Below, one piece after another: positions 10,627-18,689 of a DNA stretch of 64,000 nucleotides (position 1 is its first letter; every line of letters begins with the position of its first letter). The stretch covers positions 1,344,001-1,408,000 of the forward strand of contig CBDCNP010000002.1 of NCBI GenBank assembly GCA_965219415.1. Direction: 5' to 3'. Under the pieces are notes generated by a model. It did no database searches. It saw only the letters and a list, made by a program, of their open reading frames with translations, and was not told the DNA's origin. Position numbers and translations under genes: made by a program. This DNA comes from Candidatus Marinacidobacterales bacterium. Lineage in GTDB: Bacteria; Acidobacteriota; Vicinamibacteria; Marinacidobacterales; DATDRI01.

Positions 10627-11028
10627 CTACACTTGGACCGTCTCTGCGCGGTCGCCCCTCACGTAGCGGGTGACGTCGATGACGTCGATGACCACAGACA
10701 CGGTGTTGACGACCATCAGAAAACGAATCCAAATCCCGAACGGTTCATCCGGCGCGTGCTGCCCGAGTCTGGTCCATAAGTAGAAGACCAAGGGGATCCA
10801 CAGAACATGTCCTAACCCCAGGATGCGTGTGAACCCGAACTTGCCGGTCATCGCCATCATGACCGTGGCGCTGACGATCATGGCTACCAGAACCACCCAA
10901 GCCTCTATCCGGTCGAGGAAGAAAAACGGCACGATCAGGTTCACGGCCATCAAGAGCATCAGCCACAGGCGCCATAGGATGGGCATCTTGAAAACAGCCC
11001 GATTGAACTTGACGATCCCGTCGATCAC
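10627..11028 (-). CDS. Hypothetical membrane protein
   Basis: Four hydrophobic segments, 'GFTRILGLGHVLWIP'. Confidence 0.75.
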   Translation of the reverse strand: MIDGIVKFNRAVFKMPILWRLWLMLLMAVNLIVPFFFLDRIEAWVVLVAMIVSATVMMAMTGKFGFTRILGLGHVLWIPLVFYLWTRLGQHAPDEPFGIWIRFLMVVNTVSVVIDVIDVTRYVRGDRAETVQV

Positions 11029-11056
11029 TTTAGAAACCTTTCGTGAACTTGTCTTT

Positions 11057-11100
11057 CATAAGCTTTGGCATAAGCTTGGCATGAGCTTGGCTTGAGCTCC
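11057..11100. repeat. Four tandem ~11-bp repeats (CATAAGCTTGG-like)
   Basis: cataagctttgg / cataagcttgg / catgagcttgg / cttgagctcc. Confidence 0.75.
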
Positions 11101-11106
11101 CCATGG

Positions 11107-11763
11107 CTAGGCACAACTCTGGGCCGAGCGGATGAAGCCCTCGAGCTTTGTTTCGTCCAGCTTGCCGTCTGTGCGGACACCACTGCAGACGTCGACTCCG
11201 AAGGGTGAGACTTCCTCAATGGCGGTGCGCACGTTGGACGCGTTGAGGCCACCGGCCAGAAAAACCGGCTTCGGGACCGCGTCACAGATCTTCCGGCTGA
11301 GTGCCCAGTCGTGGGTTCGCCCAGTACCCCCGAGCTCCTTCACCGCAAGCTTGGGATTCCCAGAATCCAGAAGAAGCGCATCGACATAGGGAGCCACCGC
11401 GGTCGCCTCGTCCACCGAGCCTTCATCCATGACGTGGATCACTTGGACGAACCGGATCCCGGGCAGGGCTTCGCGAAGCGCTTCATGCGAGCCGGGAGAA
11501 ATCTCGTCCACGATCTGGATCGTGCTCACGCCGGTACGTTTCTGCTGGGCCACAATGGAGTTGACGTCTTGACGGCTGGTCAGAAGGAACGAAGAAACGG
11601 CCGGGGGAACTCCGTCGGCGATCCGGCGAATCGTCTCTTCGTCGATGACCCCGGGGCCGCTCGGCATTTCCGAGACGAGCCCTAGCGCGGACGCCCCGAG
11701 ACTAATAGCGAGAGATGCCTCGGCTTCACTTGCGATACAACAGATCTTGACTCGCGGTACCAT
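11107..11763 (-). CDS. trpF: Phosphoribosylanthranilate isomerase
   Basis: 'RVKICCI', 'LLLDSG', 'GGTGRTHDW', 'FLAGGL', 'GVDVCSGV'. Confidence 0.9.
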   Translation of the reverse strand: MVPRVKICCIASEAEASLAISLGASALGLVSEMPSGPGVIDEETIRRIADGVPPAVSSFLLTSRQDVNSIVAQQKRTGVSTIQIVDEISPGSHEALREALPGIRFVQVIHVMDEGSVDEATAVAPYVDALLLDSGNPKLAVKELGGTGRTHDWALSRKICDAVPKPVFLAGGLNASNVRTAIEEVSPFGVDVCSGVRTDGKLDETKLEGFIRSAQSCA

Positions 11764-11811
11764 CGTTCGGCCCGAGTATATCGCGAGGCCGGGAACGATC
11801 TATGGGGAAGA

Positions 11812-12468
11812 TTACGCCTCAGGGGGAGGCTCGGGATTGTAACTGAACGCGTACTCCTGCAGCCCGTTTCGCAGTAAGAACGTGTTCTCCACTTTGAAGC
11901 CGCGTATCAGCCGACGAAGATCGGGCTCCTTGTAACGGGGCGAAGGCCGAGACCGATCTGATTTCGAATCGTAGTCGAAAGTCGCGGCGTCCACGATCCT
12001 AAAGCCGCACGGCCGCGCCGGGATCGATTGGTGGATGGCGATCATGGCGAACATCGCCGTCCCTTCCTTCGAGAAACTTGCAAGGCGACGACTCATCGTC
12101 TCGATCTGCTCAGGCCGTAGGTAGTTCAGGAGATCCCACGCCAAGATGAGATCGAAACGCGTGTCTTCGGGGTATGGAAGCAACTCCTCGAAGACTTCCG
12201 AGAGCCGGGATCCATCGTCTTCGGCAGGTGCCAGGGTATAGGATTGTAACGTGCGGTAGAGATCGGCGACCCAGAACGTGCAGGAGAATTGAGAGAAAAA
12301 CTCGACGTTGGGACCGTACACCCGTCCGAGATCGAGGACCTGGTATTTCTGATCCTCGCCGAACTTCTCCACCACGCCGGGAAAGGCGAGAGAATGATAC
12401 TCGCCGTTATCCGCGGCGGGTGCTTGCCCCCAGTAACGCTCTTTCGTCCAGGGTGAAGTGAGCTGCAA
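11812..12468 (-). CDS. Class I SAM-methyltransferase-like protein
   Basis: 'VLDLG', 'FDLILAWDLLNYL', 'FLLRNGLQE'. Confidence 0.65.
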   Translation of the reverse strand: MQLTSPWTKERYWGQAPAADNGEYHSLAFPGVVEKFGEDQKYQVLDLGRVYGPNVEFFSQFSCTFWVADLYRTLQSYTLAPAEDDGSRLSEVFEELLPYPEDTRFDLILAWDLLNYLRPEQIETMSRRLASFSKEGTAMFAMIAIHQSIPARPCGFRIVDAATFDYDSKSDRSRPSPRYKEPDLRRLIRGFKVENTFLLRNGLQEYAFSYNPEPPPEA

Positions 12469-12482
12469 CGTTGGACGCTCCC

Positions 12483-13002
12483 CTAGGCTGGTGCGGAGCT
12501 CCCGCCGCGCAGCGACGAGCCCTGCGTGGCGAAGCTGCCGTTCTCCGGAGATTTTGTCGACTTGGATACGTCGGCGTCCCGGGTACGTTCTTTATCTTCC
12601 GGTTTGGGCTCCATGTCGATGCTTCCCTTGAACTTGGAACCGTTCTCCAATGTCACCCGAGAGGCTTTGGTATCCCCTTCGACGCGGCCGGACCGCAAGA
12701 TCACGACTTCATCCTCGCCGAAGAGATTCCCCCTTCACTTCTCCACCGATCTGAATGCTCTTCGCATGGATGTCCGCCTTGACCCGACCGTTCTCACCGA
12801 CGGAGACGATGTGCTTCTTGAGCGAGATCGTACCCTCAACCTTTCCCTGGACTTCGAGATCTTCTTTGCCGACGAGCTCGCCCTTGACGGTAATCGAGGG
12901 GCCGATGGTCGACAGCTCTTTCTTGTCCCGTTCCGGTTGTTTCACAGGAGCCGGAGTCGGGTTCTGAGGAGTATACGTCCTGGCTTCGTTCTTTTTCCAC
13001 AT
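12483..13002 (-). pseudogene. Bactofilin (polymer-forming cytoskeletal protein), one frameshift
   Basis: 'TIGPSITVKGELVGKEDLEVQGKVEG' and 'RVTLENGSKFKGSIDM' in two frames, shift near 12722. Confidence 0.85.
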
Positions 13003-13239
13003 GTCTTCTCTCCTAATGGCTGACCTGCACGAGGTAGATCACGGCAGCCAGGCCGAAAAAGGCAATCGCGAGAATCTCTTGCATGGGCTCGACAATCCTC
13101 CACAGTCACGGCGCTACCTATGGTTATATACGAGCCGTCCGGGAATGGAAGTGAGCCCGTGTGATGGGTTTTCCCCCCAGGAAGACTGTGGGATAAAACC
13201 CTCAACGTCTGTCGGCGGCAAGAGGTGAGCCGTACTACT

Positions 13240-14970
13240 ATCGGGCCACAACAGTCGGGCCATAGTCTCGTTTATGACAGCAACCGGCGGTGCCGAAGCC
13301 TGGTCACCGCTCTCCAACACCCTTCCACGGAGCAGCGGAATTTCCAGCGTTCGCAAGTATCCGGGAGTGACGAGGCGATAGTGTACGGCGGTTTCCAGTG
13401 CGCGGGGGGCAGCCTCTCCTTCGATTGTGAACGCGGTGCGATTGTCGCGACCGGCCAATGGGAGAGTATTCACGACCGCCGCCGACTCGACACCCGGGAG
13501 CGCCTCGATCTGGCGAACCGCCTCCAAGTTGAAGGCGGCTGTCTGCTTCGCATCACGATACTTCAGAGGGGAGAGAGAAACGTCCAAACTAAGCACGCGT
13601 TCCGCCTGAAACCCCGGGTCGACTCGAGACAAAGCAAGAAAACTCTTGATCAGAAGACCCGCTCCGATCGTCAGAATCAGGGCAAGCGCCAGCTCGGCAA
13701 CGACTAGGAAGCTCCGCGCTTGGCGCGACCTTGCCGGCGCCGACCGGGCCCCGGTCTTCAACCCCTGTTGCAGATCGATTCGCGCCGATTGAAATGCAGG
13801 CAGAATTGCCGAAAGCAAGCCAACGAGGATGGAGACACCGAACGTGAAGGCCAAGACGCGGCCATCGATACGAACTTCATCGAGGCGCGGTACTCCCTCG
13901 GGGGCGACTGCCCGAACCGCATCCAAACCCAAGTAGGCTACCAGCAGGGCGGCCCCTCCGCCCACAACGGCTAGCAGAACGCCTTCCGTCAGAAGCATAC
14001 GAGTGAGACGCATTCTGCAGGCACCGAGCGCAGCCCGAACCGCGAGCTCGCCTTGCCTCGCCGCGGCCCTCGCGAGTAGCAGGCTCGAGACGTTGGCCGA
14101 GGCAACCAGGAGCACCAGCGTCACCGAGCCGAGCAAGATGGCCAGGGGCGTGTGCACCGAGCCGGTGAGGTGCTGCAGGATCGGAACTAGGGTTACCTTC
14201 CAGGGATGTCCACCTTCATAGAAATCCGCATACTTTCGTTGGAGTTGCCTCGCCGTTAGATCGATTTGATCCTGTGCGCGGGCCAAACCGACGCCTTCTT
14301 GAAGTCGGGCTATGCCGCGCAAGAATTGCTGTCCCAGCCCTTTCCGCCCGAGTTGTGCCGGCGAAAAGACGCCGAGAACCCACAGATCGGCCTCGCCAGG
14401 AAAATCGAAACCCCGTGGCATCACCCCGACGATCGTTCGAGATGCATCGTTGACAATGAGCGTCTTCCCCACGATGTCGGGGGCCGCCCCGAAGAGACGA
14501 TTCCAAAGCGCGAAGCCGATCAGAACACTATTGCCATCCGTGGAGTCACCGTCCGCGGTGACGAAGGTTCTCCCGAGGGCCGCTTCCACCCCCAAGAGAC
14601 CGAATAGATTCCGGGACACCGCGGCCCCGGGGATCCTCTCTGGCACATCCCGGCCGGTCAAGTTGTAGCTTCGTCCGTGAACGACTGCGAGATCCTCGAA
14701 AGCCTTGGTGTGTTCGCGGTAGTGGACGAACTCCGCCGGGGAAAGCGGGAAGGCCTTCACGTTGGCGCTTGGGATGCTGTTCCAGAGAAAGACCAGCTCC
14801 TCCGACTCCTCATACGGGAGTGGATTTAGCAAGACCCCGTTGACCACGCTGAAGATGGTGGTGTTGGCCCCGATTCCGAGTGCGAGGGTCGCAACAGCGA
14901 TGACGGTGAAGAGAGGTTTGGCGACCAGCATCCGAAAGCCGCCGCGCACGTCCTGGATAAAGGAATCCAT
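13240..14970 (-). pseudogene. ADOP/MacB-type ABC permease, 3'-truncated
   Basis: 'LALGIGANTTIFSVVNGVLLNPLPY', 'ELAVRAALGA'; similarity stops at 'TMARLLWPD'; second FtsX domain absent. Confidence 0.8.
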
Positions 14971-14973
14971 GGC

Positions 14974-16236
14974 TCACTCGGTCGCTTGGAGCTGCTCCGC
15001 TCTCTTCTCCACCTCCGACCACACGCGCAGCACGTTCCCGGAGCAGATCTTCGCGATGTCCGCCTCGGAGTACCCCTTCTTCAGGAGCTCATAAATAAGG
15101 TTGGGATAGAAGGAGACATCCTTGAGACCCGTTGGGAGGGAGTCTCCTACTCCGTCAAAATCTGAGCCTAGCCCTACATGGTCAACCCCTGCGAGTTTGA
15201 CCACGCGATCGATGTGCGCCACCACGTCGCTGACATCGGCGTAGCCGAGTCCCGTCTTCTCCCGATACCTTTGGACGTACTCTTTCCCTTCGTCGGAATT
15301 GGGACGCACGTTGTTCTCCTGGAAGTACTTCCAGATCCCCGCCTCGCCCCGCCGAATCGAATCGACGAGGAACGAAGAACCGAAATTGATGTCGATGCTC
15401 CCACCGTCCTCGCCAAGCTTCCGGATCATCGCATCGCTCATGTTGCGCTCGAAACCTGGCGTGAAGTGTCGACTCGAGGAATGAGATGCGATCACAGGGG
15501 CCGTCGAGAGCTCGATCACCTGATAGAACGCCTCGTCGGAAACATGCGAGACGTCGACGATGATGCCGAGGCGATTCATTTCCGCGACAACTTCCTTGCC
15601 GAGCGGGCTCAGCCCATTCCACTGGCGGTTGGCGTCAAAAGAGGAATCAGAAAGCTGGTTGACTTTGGAGTGGGTGAGTGTGACGTAGCGAATTCCCCGG
15701 TTGTAAAAATGAAGGAGATCTTCGAGGGTCTCTATAGGCGCGCCGTTCTCCATTCCCAACGCGAGTGAAATCTTACCCTGAGCGAACTGTTGTCTAGCGT
15801 CGGCGACCGAGGTCGCGATGGCGAACTTATCGGGCCAATCGGCAGCGAATTTCTCCACCATATCGATGAGCTCATCCGCGACCTGCTTGGCGTCGCCGGT
15901 CTCCTGATGGCTGGCGGGGACGTAGATCGACATGAAGACGAGATTGAGGCCGCCCTCTTTGGCCCTGGGGTAGTCGAAGTCGCCCCCCTCGGTTCTCATC
16001 GAGATGTCTTCCATCTTCTCGGCCAAGCGGTAAGGTACGTCGATGTGCGTATCGGCGATGACGATCTCATGAGCCAGCTGTCCGGCTCTCTCCTTCTGAC
16101 TGAGCGGTGGAGCCACCTCGGAGGTCGAGATCTCCATCTCGCTCTCGGGCTGGCAGGCCTCCAATCCCATACCAAGCGCGGCGAAAAGCAGAACGAGTCG
16201 GCACCAAGAGGGTCGAAGAGGCGCTGCCTTGCTCAT
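14974..16236 (-). CDS. Membrane dipeptidase (peptidase M19) lipoprotein
   Basis: 'DTHID', 'GMENG', 'DVSH', 'IASHS', 'GLGSDFDG'; lipobox-like LEAC. Confidence 0.92.
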   Translation of the reverse strand: MSKAAPLRPSWCRLVLLFAALGMGLEACQPESEMEISTSEVAPPLSQKERAGQLAHEIVIADTHIDVPYRLAEKMEDISMRTEGGDFDYPRAKEGGLNLVFMSIYVPASHQETGDAKQVADELIDMVEKFAADWPDKFAIATSVADARQQFAQGKISLALGMENGAPIETLEDLLHFYNRGIRYVTLTHSKVNQLSDSSFDANRQWNGLSPLGKEVVAEMNRLGIIVDVSHVSDEAFYQVIELSTAPVIASHSSSRHFTPGFERNMSDAMIRKLGEDGGSIDINFGSSFLVDSIRRGEAGIWKYFQENNVRPNSDEGKEYVQRYREKTGLGYADVSDVVAHIDRVVKLAGVDHVGLGSDFDGVGDSLPTGLKDVSFYPNLIYELLKKGYSEADIAKICSGNVLRVWSEVEKRAEQLQATE

Positions 16237-16250
16237 GCTCGGATCCCCTT

Positions 16251-17324
16251 TCAATAGTCAGTCGTGATCGTCAGGTGATGAGGCCAGTGAGTCTCGTGAT
16301 AGTGAGTCCAAAGCCGTCCGTCGACGACCGGCTCGATGACTTGCAGCTCTGGCGGACGGCGCTTGTTGATCTCCTGGGTCAATCGATGTCCTCCCCAAAG
16401 CGTGAAGGCTCGGATTTCGATTTCCTCTTCGCTGTCCACGGGAATGACCTTTCGCGCGTTGATGGCCGCCTCTAGCTCGGGCGAGTACGACATCATGCCG
16501 AACAGCCGAAAAGCCACCGGGACGATGTAGTCTGCGAAGATGGTCGACTTCTCCGGATCTTCCAACTTGAAGAAGCCGCTCTTCCGAAACCGTCCGTGCA
16601 ACTGCCACCACAAGAGCTGTGCACGCTTTTGGAAGCCGACCTCGGAACCTCGATACATGCTGGTATCACGGAATGACGGGAATTCGGCCAATAAGCGCTC
16701 TAGCAACCCGTTACCATCTGCGTAGAGCCGGGGCGGACCGGCCTTCGCAAAATTGTAAAAACGCCCGTCGTAGCGTTCATCCAATACTTTGCCCACTTCA
16801 CGAAAGATATCCAAGCGCTCGCCCAACATTGGAATAGTAATGTTGCCACGGAAGATCCCTTCCAAGTCGACCCGCTTCACTTTCGCGAGGTAGCTTCCCT
16901 CCAAGATTGGAATCCCGTTGTCGTAGGCCCGCTTCACGCCAGCCGCCATGCCCAAGGAGTCCCACTGCTCCGCACCGGCGTAGTCGACCTTATATGTGGT
17001 GTGGGTCTCGAAATCGGTAAAAGCAAAATTGATGGTCGACGTAAGGAAGATGAAGTCCATCGTGTCGTGATCGTTTCCCTCCGGATTGAGGGGGGATCGG
17101 AAATCGGGCCAAGGAAGAGGCTCGTACGCCATCCAGTCGGCGACCTGACTCACTTTATCCTCGTGAAAACTCACATGCTTGGCACCGGTGATCACCGGCT
17201 CCAGACTGTCGAGGATAGGATTACCGGTTGGAACGAACTCGGTTTCACGAACCCGACTCCTACCGAGTGGACCGACAAGGGCGGGAACTGCCAGCAACCC
17301 AATGAAACTTCTACGGGAAGGCAT
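16251..17324 (-). CDS. Queuosine salvage hydrolase (Qng1/DUF2419 family) with Tat-like signal
   Basis: 'INFAF', 'FPSFRD', 'FQKRAQL', 'IFADYIVP', 'EEEIEIRA', 'HHLTITTDY'; N-terminal SRRSFIG. Confidence 0.85.
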   Translation of the reverse strand: MPSRRSFIGLLAVPALVGPLGRSRVRETEFVPTGNPILDSLEPVITGAKHVSFHEDKVSQVADWMAYEPLPWPDFRSPLNPEGNDHDTMDFIFLTSTINFAFTDFETHTTYKVDYAGAEQWDSLGMAAGVKRAYDNGIPILEGSYLAKVKRVDLEGIFRGNITIPMLGERLDIFREVGKVLDERYDGRFYNFAKAGPPRLYADGNGLLERLLAEFPSFRDTSMYRGSEVGFQKRAQLLWWQLHGRFRKSGFFKLEDPEKSTIFADYIVPVAFRLFGMMSYSPELEAAINARKVIPVDSEEEIEIRAFTLWGGHRLTQEINKRRPPELQVIEPVVDGRLWTHYHETHWPHHLTITTDY

Positions 17325-17410
17325 CGCGCGTGTAACCTCCTCATTCAAAGTTAACGGTCATCCTATCAGGGCTTGGCGTCATCCCCAACCGAGGAGTAAC
17401 ATGGCCCACC

Positions 17411-18106
17411 ATGGACCTCCTCCATACGATCTTCGGTGACATTCGCGAGGTGGTTCCCGCTCCGTTCTCGGAGTTTATTCTGGTAGTCGTTTCCATCGTC
17501 TGTGGAACGATCGTAGGCGCCGAAAGAGAACGGGCCGATAAGCCCGCTGGGCTCCGTACTCTGACGCTCATCTGCCTGGGCTCGACGGTCTTTACTCTGA
17601 TGTCCATCGACGCGGCCTTCGGAGCGCTCGATCGCTCACGCATCGCGGCGCAGATCGTAACTGGGGTGGGCTTCTTAGGCGCCGGCGCCATCCTTCGAGA
17701 TCGGGGCAGCATCATCGGCTTGACCACTGCCGCCTCCATCTGGGTTATTGCCGCAGTGGGAATGGTCGTAGGAGTCGGATACGCAACCAGTGGTCTGGCC
17801 CTGGCCGGTGTCATTTTCCTCACCCTCACACTTTGGCATCGACTGGAGGTACGGTATCTCGGCACCTGCGACTTGGAAAATCTGCACGTCGTCTTTCGAG
17901 CCGGCCGCGGGAAGAACCGAGCCCATATCCAAAGCATCCTCGACCGCCACGCCATGCCGGTCGAGATCGCTGAAGACCGAGAGCTGCCCGAAGGTCAGCG
18001 AGAGCTAACAATCCGTTACTGCCAAGCCCACAAGTCCCATCGGGCGTTTCAAGGTGATCTCGCGACACTCGATTGGATCGAGATCATGGAAACGCGGGTG
18101 AAATGA
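17411..18106 (+). CDS. MgtC/SapB family protein
   Basis: 'GAERE...KPAGLRT', 'RIAAQIVTGVGFLGAG', 'GLTTAASIW'. Confidence 0.92.
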   Translation: MDLLHTIFGDIREVVPAPFSEFILVVVSIVCGTIVGAERERADKPAGLRTLTLICLGSTVFTLMSIDAAFGALDRSRIAAQIVTGVGFLGAGAILRDRGSIIGLTTAASIWVIAAVGMVVGVGYATSGLALAGVIFLTLTLWHRLEVRYLGTCDLENLHVVFRAGRGKNRAHIQSILDRHAMPVEIAEDRELPEGQRELTIRYCQAHKSHRAFQGDLATLDWIEIMETRVK

Positions 18107-18465
18107 TCTGGGTGCGGGTAGGGAGCATACTCATGTTTTTCGCCGTCGGGTTGGGGGCGTTCGGAGCACACGCTCTGCGCGCTCGCCTGTCGGCCGATAT
18201 GCTCCAAGTCTTCGAGACCGGTGTCCGGTATCACTTCTATCACTCGCTCGCCCTCTTCGTGGTGGCCTGGCTCTCCGAGTCACACCCGAGCCAGTGGGTC
18301 ACGAACGCCGGCGTCGCTTTCACCTTCGGTGTGCTCGTATTCTCGGGCAGCCTCTACATACTCTCGATATCCGGTGTCAAGTGGTGGGGTGCGGTGACAC
18401 CGCTCGGTGGTCTCGGTTTCCTAGTAGGTTGGCTGCTCCTCGCGGTCGGCTCGTTTCGCTCCTGA
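18103..18465 (+). CDS. DUF423 membrane protein
   Basis: 'GAFGAH', 'YHFYH', 'FSGSLY', 'TPLGG'. Confidence 0.9.
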   Translation: MIWVRVGSILMFFAVGLGAFGAHALRARLSADMLQVFETGVRYHFYHSLALFVVAWLSESHPSQWVTNAGVAFTFGVLVFSGSLYILSISGVKWWGAVTPLGGLGFLVGWLLLAVGSFRS

Positions 18466-18476
18466 TAGAAGGCACT

Positions 18477-18689
18477 TTGCCCGGCACCGATTTCGTCTGC
18501 GTCGCGGACCCCATGTGCTCCTGGTGTTGGGTTTCACTCGCGGACTTCCGCAGCGCAGTCGAGATGGGTGCCCGAGGGTTCCCCTCCACCCTCCTCCGCG
18601 AGGGCGCGCGGTTTACCACGGTAAGCCGAGGGTGGCTCCCGCTCGAGGAGCTCGAAAGCGCGCTGGCACCTTGGCTCGCCATGGCTTGA
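18477..18689 (+). pseudogene. DsbA-family protein remnant with large internal deletion (70 aa)
   Basis: 'VADPMCSWCW' directly followed by 'DF...MGARGFPS'. Confidence 0.7.

Noticed and set aside
11057-11100. CRISPR array
   Set aside because: Units are 11 bp with no spacers; no cas genes in the window.
13166-13201. DnaA boxes / oriC (ctgtgggataa within an inverted repeat)
   Set aside because: Only imperfect boxes, no AT-rich unwinding element, no dnaA context.
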